The notes below the pieces were generated by a model. It saw only the letters and a list, made by a program, of their open reading frames with translations. It was not told the origin of the DNA and did no database searches. Below are positions 9,604-18,328 of a DNA stretch of 53,110 bases, piece by piece. The position numbers were made by a program, and so were the translations under genes. The stretch covers positions 1 through 53,110 of the forward strand of contig JAPLAV010000019.1 in the NCBI GenBank assembly GCA_026393095.1, read 5' to 3'. The number at the start of each line of letters is the position of its first letter. Positions within the stretch are counted from its first letter, which is position 1. The DNA is from Actinomycetota bacterium (GTDB lineage: Bacteria; Actinomycetota; Actinomycetes; S36-B12; UBA5976).

Positions 9604-10907
9604 TTGGCAGTATGAATTCTTGCTTCACTTATAACTTGATTCATATCAACTTTTGTAGAAATTCGATCAACAATTACCGGGTCTCCTGCAACTAACACGT
9701 GCACAACATCGCTTCGTCCTGCTGCATAAACCAGTAATCCGTGTGGATCTCCAACTGGGACAAGGTGAGGTTGATCAAGATCTAACACAATTAAATCTGC
9801 ATCTTTGCCAACTTCAACTGTTCCGATTCGATCTTGCATTCCAATTGCAACTGCACCACCATAAGTTGCAGCTCTTACAACGTCAGCAACTGGAATTGCT
9901 GCAGCATTTTCAGTTATTAACCGAGCTAAGTTTGCAGCTGATCGCATGACATTCCACATGTCTAAATCATTACTTGATGAACAACCATCTGTTCCTAGTG
10001 AAACATTTATTCCTTTTTCTTTTGCTTTTACCCATTCAAAAGCACCACTGGCAAGTTTTAAATTTGATCCTGGGCAATGAGAAAGACTTACATTATTTTC
10101 TTTAATTATTTTTCGATCATCATCGGTTAGTTTCACGGCATGTGCAAAAACTGCGTTATCTAAAGCTTGGGCATCGTTTAATACTTTGGTGGGGGTTTTG
10201 CCATGGCGTTTAATCACATCTTCATTTTCTGCTTGATTCTCAGAAATATGGGTATTAAATATCGCTCCTATTTCTTTGGCAACTTTTGCAACTTCTGCTA
10301 AATGCTCTGGTGAAACTGTGTAAGTTGAATGTGGTTGAGCAACAAGAGGTGCATATGCTCCACCTATTTCTTTAATGACGTTGGGCCAATTTCTTAAGTG
10401 TTCAATTCTTTTATCCCATTCAAGTCCATCTGGACCTGCAAAATCAAAAAATACTGGACCAATTAAATGTCTTAAGCCAACTTCCACAGCACCTTTATGT
10501 GCCATATGAGGATGTAAATACATATCTAATGTGCAAGTTGTTCCACCAAGTAAAGCTTCTAACGCTCCAAGTTTGGCGCCGATATAGGTTCCTTTTTCGT
10601 CCATAATTCTTGCTTCTTCAGCCCAAACTTTTTCTAAGAAACCTTGCAGATCAACATCTTCGGCAACTCCTCTCAAAAGTGTCATAGGAGTGTGAGTGTG
10701 AGTATTAATTAGTCCTGGCATTACTAAATGATGTGAACAATCAATTACTTTGCTTGATTGCCATTGATTTTCTTGATCAATTGGCACTATGCCAAATATC
10801 TTCTCATCTTTTATAGCAATACTTACATTTCTTAAAACTGATGCTTTTGCATCAGCTACAACTACATATTGAGCATTATGAAGAATTAAATCAACTTGGG
10901 TAGCCAT
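9600..10907 (-). CDS. Amidohydrolase, MtaD/DadD-like (5'-methylthioadenosine/SAH/5'-deoxyadenosine deaminase)
   Basis: PGLINTHTH, LLRG, PHSTY, HISE, HCPGSNLKLASG, LGTDGCSSNDLD. Adjacent to an MTI-type phosphorylase. Confidence 0.8.
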   Translation of the reverse strand: MATQVDLILHNAQYVVVADAKASVLRNVSIAIKDEKIFGIVPIDQENQWQSSKVIDCSHHLVMPGLINTHTHTPMTLLRGVAEDVDLQGFLEKVWAEEARIMDEKGTYIGAKLGALEALLGGTTCTLDMYLHPHMAHKGAVEVGLRHLIGPVFFDFAGPDGLEWDKRIEHLRNWPNVIKEIGGAYAPLVAQPHSTYTVSPEHLAEVAKVAKEIGAIFNTHISENQAENEDVIKRHGKTPTKVLNDAQALDNAVFAHAVKLTDDDRKIIKENNVSLSHCPGSNLKLASGAFEWVKAKEKGINVSLGTDGCSSSNDLDMWNVMRSAANLARLITENAAAIPVADVVRAATYGGAVAIGMQDRIGTVEVGKDADLIVLDLDQPHLVPVGDPHGLLVYAAGRSDVVHVLVAGDPVIVDRISTKVDMNQVISEARIHTAK

Positions 10908-10909
10908 AG

Positions 10910-11650
10910 TTATTGAGCCAAAATCTTGGTGGCTTCATCAAGAACTTGCACAACTTGAGCAGCAGAGGTTTCAACAACTTTTTGTACGTCTTCCATTGTG
11001 ATTTCTTCGGTGCTTAATCCTGCAGCAGGATTTGCCACTATACAAATTGCGGCATAACGCAAACCTTTTTCAACAGCCAAAACTACTTCACGAACTCCAG
11101 TCATTCCCACCATGGTCACACCCATTTGTTTAGCCATTTGAATTTCGGCTTTTGTTTCAAACCTTGGTCCTTCAAATCCACCATAGATTCCACTACTAGA
11201 AACTGAAATGTTTAAATTCTTACAACTTTTGATTAGTACATTTCTTAATTCTTGGTTATAAGGATTAGTCATATCAACATGATTTACTCCTTCATCGCCA
11301 TCAAAGAAGGTAGAAATTCTGTTTTTTGTAAAATCAATGAAGTCATCAACAACTTGCAATCCACCTACGGGAACATTTTTATCAATACCACCACAAACAT
11401 TTACTGCTAAAACATCTTTGACCCCTAAATCAACTAAGGCTTGAATATTTGCTCGGTAGTTAACTTTGTGAGGTGGAACAGAATGTTTGGTTCCATGTCT
11501 TGTTAAAAAATAAGTGGTGCGATCATGCCAAGTTCCTTTGGTAACTTGAGCTTGACCATATTTGGTTTCAATCACTTTTACTTCAGGATTTTTCAAAGCT
11601 GCAATTGAATAAAAACCAGTTCCGGCAATAATTCCTAAAGGCTCTTTCAT
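10910..11650 (-). CDS. MTAP-family phosphorylase, probably S-methyl-5'-thioinosine phosphorylase
   Basis: GIIAGTG, RHG..H..PPHKVNYRANI, EGPRFETKAE, VGMT. The base-specificity loop is VANPAAG (Asn) rather than the DYD of MTAP. Confidence 0.8.
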   Translation of the reverse strand: MKEPLGIIAGTGFYSIAALKNPEVKVIETKYGQAQVTKGTWHDRTTYFLTRHGTKHSVPPHKVNYRANIQALVDLGVKDVLAVNVCGGIDKNVPVGGLQVVDDFIDFTKNRISTFFDGDEGVNHVDMTNPYNQELRNVLIKSCKNLNISVSSSGIYGGFEGPRFETKAEIQMAKQMGVTMVGMTGVREVVLAVEKGLRYAAICIVANPAAGLSTEEITMEDVQKVVETSAAQVVQVLDEATKILAQ

Positions 11651-12046
11651 TTACTTTAAATGGCTTCCATCAAAAGCATCTGGCAGCAATTCTTTTAATT
11701 TCTTTGGACCATCATTGTGATCAATTATTAATTCTGAGCCACCATGTTCTTGTAATAATTGTCGACATCTTCCGCAAGGTAACAAAATTCCAGGTTCAGG
11801 TCCTACACAAGAAAAAGCAACTAATCTTCCACCACCAGTTAAAGCAAGTTGTGAAACTAATCCACATTCTGCACAAAGGGTTAATCCATAAGATGCGTTT
11901 TCAACATTGCATCCAGAAACAATTCGACCATCGTCAACAAGAGCAGCTGCTCCTACTGGAAATTTAGAATAATTTGCATAAGCGTTCTTTTGAGCTTTTT
12001 TGGCCTCAGCGCGAAGCAATTCCCAATCAATATTTTTATCAACCAT
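11651..12046 (-). CDS. cdd: Cytidine deaminase (tetrameric type)
   Basis: YSKFPVGAA, GCNVENASYGLTLCAE, PCGRCRQ, LLPDAF. Start set at ATG 12046 after GGGAG. Confidence 0.93.
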   Translation of the reverse strand: MVDKNIDWELLRAEAKKAQKNAYANYSKFPVGAAALVDDGRIVSGCNVENASYGLTLCAECGLVSQLALTGGGRLVAFSCVGPEPGILLPCGRCRQLLQEHGGSELIIDHNDGPKKLKELLPDAFDGSHLK

Positions 12047-12234
12047 AGTGCTCCCAAGAATACGCCGAAGCAGGATTAAGTACATAACAAGTGTGTAAAT
12101 TTGTGTTGCGCTGGTCTTAAAAGTTAAACACTCGTGAGGCTAACTTCCTTGTTTTGCGAACCCCTTCTCGATGTTTGAGACAACTAATTTACAAAGAGAT
12201 ATAGTGTAACTACGAGTCAAATCTTGGAGACAAA

Positions 12235-13050
12235 TTGTTAAAGAAAACTTTTATAACTCTTTCAGTGATTGCAACTTTGGGATTAACTGCCTGCGGATCA
12301 ACAAATACTTCCATGGGAATGTCTGACTCTTCAATTAGCTCGGTGCCAGCAACTGGCGACATGATGGTTGAAAATAAGGTTTCAATCGATCGATCAATTA
12401 TAAAAACTTCTTCATTGACAATAAGGGTTAAAAACGTAGAAAAATCAATAACCCAAGCCCAAGATCTAGCGACTCAATTTGATGGTCGAGTTGATGACTC
12501 ATCTCAATATAAAAATCCAGGTAGTGAAGATTCATTAAGTGCTAATTTAACAATAAGAGTTCCTTCTGCAAATCTTGAAAAAGCACTTGAGGCTTTCAAG
12601 GGCCTAGGAGATGTTGAATCTTCTTCTATTTCTGCAACAGATGTGACCATGCAAAAAGTTGATTTAGATGCTCGAATTGCAGCACTAAATACTTCAATTG
12701 AAAGATTTAAACAATTAATTTCTTCTGCTACAAATACCTCTGATTTGATAGCTGCAGAAACTGCACTTGCTGAAAGACAAGCAGAATTAGATAGCTTAAC
12801 TGCTCAATTGAAATACCTTTCAGAACAAGTAGATATGTCTGTTATCTACTTAGCCCTTCTACCTAATGATTCTTTTAGTGCAATCAAACCAATTGGTTTC
12901 CTCGCCGGAATTGAAAAGGGATTTGTTGCCTTATTAAATGCAGCAGCCAATCTAACCTCAATTTTGGGATACTTCATACCTTGGATCATCACAATCTTGG
13001 TAGTAGTGGCAATTTTCAAACTAATTTCAAGAATTAGAAGAAATAGATAA
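12235..13050 (+). CDS. DUF4349-like lipoprotein with C-terminal TM helix
   Basis: Lipobox LTAC, RSIIKT..LTIRV, LTIRVP, DVT...VDLDARI coiled coil, C-terminal hydrophobic helix containing PW. Confidence 0.75.
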   Translation: MLKKTFITLSVIATLGLTACGSTNTSMGMSDSSISSVPATGDMMVENKVSIDRSIIKTSSLTIRVKNVEKSITQAQDLATQFDGRVDDSSQYKNPGSEDSLSANLTIRVPSANLEKALEAFKGLGDVESSSISATDVTMQKVDLDARIAALNTSIERFKQLISSATNTSDLIAAETALAERQAELDSLTAQLKYLSEQVDMSVIYLALLPNDSFSAIKPIGFLAGIEKGFVALLNAAANLTSILGYFIPWIITILVVVAIFKLISRIRRNR

Positions 13051-13075
13051 ATTACTTGGCATAATTGGTTAGACC

Positions 13076-14014
13076 ATGCCAAGTGTTCTAGTTATAGGTG
13101 AAGCACTCGTTGACGTCGTGCATGGAGTAAACGGGGAAATCAAAAATATTCCTGGTGGATCTCCTGCAAACACAGCCGTAGCTCTTGCTCGGCTAGGTAC
13201 TAAAACTTATATGAAAGCCAGAACTTCCAATGATCAATTTGGAACAGAGATTAGAAATTATCTAACTAGTCAAAATGTTAATTTAGATTATTCTTTAGTT
13301 GTAGATAGTCCCTCTTCTGTTATTAATGCGGTTATCCAAAAAGATGGATCAGCCAAATATGAAGCTAACCTAAAAGGTGCTGCAGATTACGGTTGGACAT
13401 CTGAGGAACTAACTCAAGTAATTGATCCAGATATCCAAATAGTTCAATTGGGATCTTTAACTTCTTATGTAGAACCTGGTGCCACTAATGTTGAAAAGTG
13501 GTTTAGTCAATTGCGACAATCCAATAAATATTTATTAACTTTTGATCCAAATATTCGACATCCCTTAGATGGAGAAAGTGAAGTTGACGTCAGAAGCAGA
13601 GCTAAAAAATTGGCAAGTCTTTCCCATGTCGTTAAAGCAAGTGATGAGGATTTAAATTGGATTTTTTCAAATAATAATCCTCATGATTCTGCAATAAAAA
13701 TAATTGAAAGTGGAGCATCTTTGGTGATTGTTACTTTAGGAAAAAAGGGTTCTTTTGCTGTAAATAAGAAACTTGAAATTGTTGAAGTTACGGCAAACGA
13801 AATTGCGGTAATCGACACCATTGGAGCCGGAGACACTTTTGCAGCAGCTTTAATTACTCAGTTCCTTGAGAATTCTTGGATCAATAAAAATGCTTTGGAG
13901 AATTTAAGTAGTGATGATTTAACTGAAATTCTGACCAACTGCTCTGCGGCATCAGCCATAACCTGCTCAAGACAAGGTGCTAATCCCCCACATCGTCATG
14001 AAGTGTCTTGGTAA
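13076..14014 (+). CDS. PfkB-family carbohydrate kinase (fructokinase-like)
   Basis: GEALVD, PGGSPANTA, FDPNIR, VTLGKKG, DTIGAGDTF. Confidence 0.9.
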   Translation: MPSVLVIGEALVDVVHGVNGEIKNIPGGSPANTAVALARLGTKTYMKARTSNDQFGTEIRNYLTSQNVNLDYSLVVDSPSSVINAVIQKDGSAKYEANLKGAADYGWTSEELTQVIDPDIQIVQLGSLTSYVEPGATNVEKWFSQLRQSNKYLLTFDPNIRHPLDGESEVDVRSRAKKLASLSHVVKASDEDLNWIFSNNNPHDSAIKIIESGASLVIVTLGKKGSFAVNKKLEIVEVTANEIAVIDTIGAGDTFAAALITQFLENSWINKNALENLSSDDLTEILTNCSAASAITCSRQGANPPHRHEVSW

Positions 14015-14041
14015 CATCAGTAATGAATCTAGGGAGATAAC

Positions 14042-14620
14042 TTGACAACACTTAGCGCTTCACCATTTATCGTTGATTCAATTTGGCAAAGAACTCGCAC
14101 CTCAGCTTTGGTGCAAATCACAAGTTTAACTGCCCTCACAGTTTTAAGTGCACAAATAGTTATTCCTCTACCTTTCACTCCAATTCCATTAACCATGCAA
14201 ACATTTGCAATTCTTTTTGGAGCAGCAGTTATCGGGCCTGTTAGATCTTTAATTGCACAATTTGCTTACCTGTTATTAGCCGCAGTAGGTTTTCCTGTTT
14301 TAGCGGGCAATAAAGCAGGAATCGAAGCAATACTTGGAGCAACTGCAGGATATTTATTTGCATTCTTGGTGGCAAGTTATGTAGTAGGTCTTCTTGCAAA
14401 AAAAATCACCACAAAAAGATTCCAAGGCGTTTTAGTTGGTTACCTTGTAGGAAGTTTAATTATTTATTTAATGGGGGCAACCTGGTTAGCTTTTTACACC
14501 GGTAAAGGTTTTTATTATGCATTACTAAACGGAGTAGTTCCTTTCTTGATCGGTGATGCGATAAAAGCAGCTTTGGCTGCATCTTTGCTTCCCGTTTCAT
14601 GGCGCTTAATTAAAAAGTAA
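14042..14620 (+). CDS. bioY: Biotin transporter S component BioY
   Basis: IPLPFTPIPLTMQT, G.PV.AG, GATAGYL, PFLIGDAIK. Confidence 0.9.
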   Translation: MTTLSASPFIVDSIWQRTRTSALVQITSLTALTVLSAQIVIPLPFTPIPLTMQTFAILFGAAVIGPVRSLIAQFAYLLLAAVGFPVLAGNKAGIEAILGATAGYLFAFLVASYVVGLLAKKITTKRFQGVLVGYLVGSLIIYLMGATWLAFYTGKGFYYALLNGVVPFLIGDAIKAALAASLLPVSWRLIKK

Positions 14621-14623
14621 TTA

Positions 14624-15367
14624 ATGGATTTATTCATTGCTCTACTTGCAGGTATGGCAAGTGGGTTTCTAAACGTTGTGGCGGGTGGAGGAACTTTAAT
14701 TGTTTTTCCCACTCTTGTGGCTTTAGGTCTTTCCCCGCTTGTAGCAAATGTAACTGCGGCTGTTGGAGTTTTTCCGGGATCTCTTGCTGGAAGTTGGACA
14801 TATAGAAAAATACTAAAAGAGCAGAAAAAGCTTGCTTGGTTATCTGTCATTTTGATGCCTTTGTTTTCAATCATTGGCGCTTCACTGCTGCTCTATTTAC
14901 CTGAGCGAAACTTTGAATTGATTGTTCCATTTTTAATAGGTGCTGCTGGAATATTGATTGCTGTTCAGCCATTGGTTTATCGACTTTTTCCTAAACAAAG
15001 TCATAAATTGAACTTCAAACTAATAATCCCAGGATTTATTATTGCGGGAATTTATGTTGGCTATTTCGGAGCAGGAACTGGCGTTGTACTTTTGGCAATA
15101 TTTGGCTTGGCTGGTCTTGCCAACATTCAGCAAGCAAATGGTTTAAAGAATCTTGGTTCAGGAACTGGAAATGCGATCGCAGCTTTGATATTTGTTTTTT
15201 CCGGATTAGTTGTCTGGCAAACAGCAATTTCAGTTGCAATTGGATCAATTATTGGTGGCCTTTTAGGTGGACGCTTAGCTCAAAAACTTGATGCATCATA
15301 TTTTAGAATTATTATCTTATTTGTGGCCATTGTGGCCTCAATTTATTTATTTATTAAAAACTTTTAA
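14624..15367 (+). CDS. TauE/SafE (TSUP) family membrane transporter
   Basis: GFLNVVAGGGTLI.FP.L, GIYVGYFGAGTG, ANGLKN; about 8 TM helices. Confidence 0.85.
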   Translation: MDLFIALLAGMASGFLNVVAGGGTLIVFPTLVALGLSPLVANVTAAVGVFPGSLAGSWTYRKILKEQKKLAWLSVILMPLFSIIGASLLLYLPERNFELIVPFLIGAAGILIAVQPLVYRLFPKQSHKLNFKLIIPGFIIAGIYVGYFGAGTGVVLLAIFGLAGLANIQQANGLKNLGSGTGNAIAALIFVFSGLVVWQTAISVAIGSIIGGLLGGRLAQKLDASYFRIIILFVAIVASIYLFIKNF

Positions 15368-16217
15368 TATTTCTTGCTACTCTCCAACCCATTTGCTCGT
15401 TTAAAATCATGGCATCAATTCTTAAATACCAAATCTGTTTAAAAGCCTTTATGCCATATTTGGCTCCGTGCTCAAATCCTGCAATCATCCCCATTAAATC
15501 TGGTCTCTTCGATTGATTTATTTTTTCACACATCTCACTTAATCCTTTGACTTTATTTTCTTTAGTCAAAGATTCAGTGTTACTAAATAGTGAGGAAAAT
15601 AGATCAATATCTAATCCAATCTCAGTTGTACCTAAAGCTTTATTTAATTCAAGGGATACTTCTTGAACAGTCTTTAGATTGGCACACAAAAGTAAGGCAA
15701 TTAACATAGGATTTATTTGATCAGAAATATTGGTTTTACTTGTTTTAATTCCTGGTCTTTTAAATCTCCATAAAGGGTAATTCTTCATAAAGTCTGTGCA
15801 CACACTATTTCGATCAGCTAACTGATTAATTCCGTGAAAAAGATTTGGGTGATTAACAACTGTTTCCCATTCCTTAATGCATTTAATTAAGCATTCAGCT
15901 ATTTCTATTACTGACAGTCTTTGTGATTTTTGAGTGCAATTTATTAAGGCATCAAGAGAAAATAGAGTTAGTTGAAAATTATGTGAGACTAAAGATTCAT
16001 AAGGGGGTGAAGATATTCCCCAATCACCAAATTGTTCTTTGACTTCTTCTTGATTTAGACCAGTGATGGCATTTCCCATCACATCACCAATAGCAGCACC
16101 TAGCAAAGCTCCCATTATTCGATCTTGTCTGGTGTTTGGAATTGGTTTAGATCTCAATATTGTTCTAGCGATAGGACGAGTGTCAGTGATAATCATATGC
16201 ACCACCTTTGGTTGCAT
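15354..16217 (-). CDS. ADP-ribosylglycohydrolase-like protein, degenerate
   Basis: N-terminal DRIMGALLGAAIGDVMG is typical of the ARH/DraG family and C-terminal GAKYGIKAF...W resembles GA.YG..AIP..W, but the metal-binding TDD and DSD motifs are absent. Confidence 0.6.
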   Translation of the reverse strand: MQPKVVHMIITDTRPIARTILRSKPIPNTRQDRIMGALLGAAIGDVMGNAITGLNQEEVKEQFGDWGISSPPYESLVSHNFQLTLFSLDALINCTQKSQRLSVIEIAECLIKCIKEWETVVNHPNLFHGINQLADRNSVCTDFMKNYPLWRFKRPGIKTSKTNISDQINPMLIALLLCANLKTVQEVSLELNKALGTTEIGLDIDLFSSLFSNTESLTKENKVKGLSEMCEKINQSKRPDLMGMIAGFEHGAKYGIKAFKQIWYLRIDAMILNEQMGWRVARNIKSF

Positions 16218-16263
16218 AAATTATAATTTCTTATTTCAAAATAATTAAAGTTTTAACTATGTT

Positions 16264-16287
16264 TTTCGTACCAGATTTGGGACGAAA
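16264..16287. terminator. Imperfect hairpin downstream of the EamA gene
   Basis: TTTCGT-A-CCA-GATT-TGG-G-ACGAAA inverted repeat in the intergenic gap. Confidence 0.35.
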
Positions 16288-16300
16288 TTTGTTACTCTTT

Positions 16301-17149
16301 TTAAACGAGGGAAAGAATTCCTGCTGAAAAGAAAGCCATTCCAATACCAACAAATTGAATACCAGTGAGCTTTTCTTTCAAAAATGCGGTGGCTAAAATT
16401 ACTGTTGCTGCAGGATAAAGAGAAGCAATCACAGCAGCAATAGACAGGTATCCATCAAAAGTAGCTAATACAAATACGGCATTTGCGGTGGCATCGAGTG
16501 CTCCAGAAATAATAACTAAAGCAAAAAGTTTTGAATCATAACCAGCATTAAACTTTTCGGATTTCCTGGAGATGAAATATCCCAACACTAAAATCGAAGA
16601 CATCAATCTGGCAAAGACCAGTGGCCACATTCCATTATTAGTTGAGGCTAGGCCAACCAAACTTAGAAATGTTCCAATCAAAAGTCCTGATGCAATAGCA
16701 AGGGCTAAACCTTTTCCACTAATTACTAATCTTCCTCCCGTTGGAGAGGTTTCCATGCTTACCAAAATCACTGAAAGAATAGCGATCCCAATTCCAAACC
16801 AAGCAATCCAATTTAACTTTTCTCCAACTAGTAAGCCCATTGCAATAGGAACAAAGGTAGAAGTCGCTGCAGTAACCGGACTCATAACTCCCATTGGCCC
16901 AATTGCTAAAGCTAAATACAAACTTCCCATTGCCAAAATTCCAACTACACCTGCAATCGATCCTATAAATAATCCATTAAGGGTAATTTCTCCTGGAAGC
17001 ATGAATGCATAGATAAGCAAGAAAAGTAATCCAACTGGATAAGACAGAACTAGAACTTTATTTGCAGGTATCTTTTTAGAAACAAATCCGCCAAAAAAAT
17101 CTGCGGTGCCCCACATCAAACTAGATATGAGTGCTAAAAATGCGGCCAT
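16301..17149 (-). CDS. EamA/DMT family transporter
   Basis: WGTADFFGG, GPMGVMSP, SLYPAATVILA...LKEKL; about 10 TM helices. Confidence 0.88.
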   Translation of the reverse strand: MAAFLALISSLMWGTADFFGGFVSKKIPANKVLVLSYPVGLLFLLIYAFMLPGEITLNGLFIGSIAGVVGILAMGSLYLALAIGPMGVMSPVTAATSTFVPIAMGLLVGEKLNWIAWFGIGIAILSVILVSMETSPTGGRLVISGKGLALAIASGLLIGTFLSLVGLASTNNGMWPLVFARLMSSILVLGYFISRKSEKFNAGYDSKLFALVIISGALDATANAVFVLATFDGYLSIAAVIASLYPAATVILATAFLKEKLTGIQFVGIGMAFFSAGILSLV

Positions 17150-17186
17150 GGGCCTAACTTATCTCATGGTCTGGCAAAATACGGAT

Positions 17187-17672
17187 ATGGCTCTTAACTT
17201 AAAAGACACTTTTCAAAGTGAATATACGATCATTGAATTAGTCGATGCACTTAAAAATATAGAGTTCCACAAAAAACGAGCCGAATCAAAAAGTTTAAAG
17301 AAAATTGAGTTTAAAACATCAGAAACAAATGAACTTGAAATATCAAGACAGATTGATTTTGACATTCCAGCAGCTGCACAAAAAATAGTAAGTAACCCAA
17401 TTTCTTTGAATGAAAATTGGAATTTTGGTTCGCAAGACTTAATCAAAATACAGCTTTCGATTCCAAATATTCAAACCACAATATCTGCTCAGATGTATTT
17501 TGATATCGAAAAATCAGGATCTTTAATTCGAGTTGAATCACTTGTTCAATCTAAGATTTTCTTGATGAGCTCATTTGCGGAAGAGTTTGTGTCTAAGTAT
17601 TGGAAGAAAGCCTTACTTGAAGACTTTGAAATACTAAATCAGTGGCTAAAATCTATTCAAATTTCTGATTAA
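17187..17672 (+). CDS. Hypothetical protein, possibly DUF2505/SRPBCC-like
   Basis: 161-aa soluble ORF divergent from EamA. IPAAAQKIV...E.W and a C-terminal amphipathic helix ending ..QWL resemble DUF2505 (weak). Confidence 0.45.
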   Translation: MALNLKDTFQSEYTIIELVDALKNIEFHKKRAESKSLKKIEFKTSETNELEISRQIDFDIPAAAQKIVSNPISLNENWNFGSQDLIKIQLSIPNIQTTISAQMYFDIEKSGSLIRVESLVQSKIFLMSSFAEEFVSKYWKKALLEDFEILNQWLKSIQISD

Positions 17673-18312
17673 AAATTATCTCTAATTCTTGTCTCGTTGA
17701 TTCATAATCAACGTGCAATACGCCAATCATTCCTAAATCTGCAGCAGCCTTAATGTTATGAGCTAAGTCATCAACAAAAACGGATTCTTCTGGTTTAACT
17801 TTTAATAGATCCAATGTGTGATGATAAATCTCTGCATCGGGCTTTCGCATCCCAACTTCACCTGAAATTACAACCTCATCAAACATGTCATCCCATCCGT
17901 GTCGAGGATAAGTATTTCCCCAAGAGTTAGATAAGAGTGCTGTTTTTATACCTTTCTTACGTGCTCTATGCACTAATCCATTCATATCGGGTGCATGTTC
18001 AAAGAATTGAAACATTCTGTCTAATAAACCTTCAGATTTTACTTTTATATTTCCTAGAGTTAATAAAGCGTGAGCAAGTTCAACTTCGAAGTCAGGAACA
18101 GACATCTCCCCTGTTTCCAGGGCGTGAACCGGATTAATTCTTAATTCTTTTTCTAATTCTGGGCCTAACCATTGATTGAATACTTTGTAGTAAACCTCTA
18201 AGTCAATATTTTCTTTTCCAGTCCAATTGGTGAGCATGTGATCTAATCCATTAGTGAGAACCCCGCCCCAATCAACTATTAAAGCTATGGGATTTTTCTC
18301 AGTAGCGGGCAT
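17653..18312 (-). CDS. HAD-superfamily hydrolase/phosphatase
   Basis: IVDWGGVLT, LLSNSWG, GMRKPDAEIY, FVDDL..NI. Confidence 0.9.
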   Translation of the reverse strand: MPATEKNPIALIVDWGGVLTNGLDHMLTNWTGKENIDLEVYYKVFNQWLGPELEKELRINPVHALETGEMSVPDFEVELAHALLTLGNIKVKSEGLLDRMFQFFEHAPDMNGLVHRARKKGIKTALLSNSWGNTYPRHGWDDMFDEVVISGEVGMRKPDAEIYHHTLDLLKVKPEESVFVDDLAHNIKAAADLGMIGVLHVDYESTRQELEIIFNQKFE

Positions 18313-18328
18313 GAAATTAGTTTAGTAC

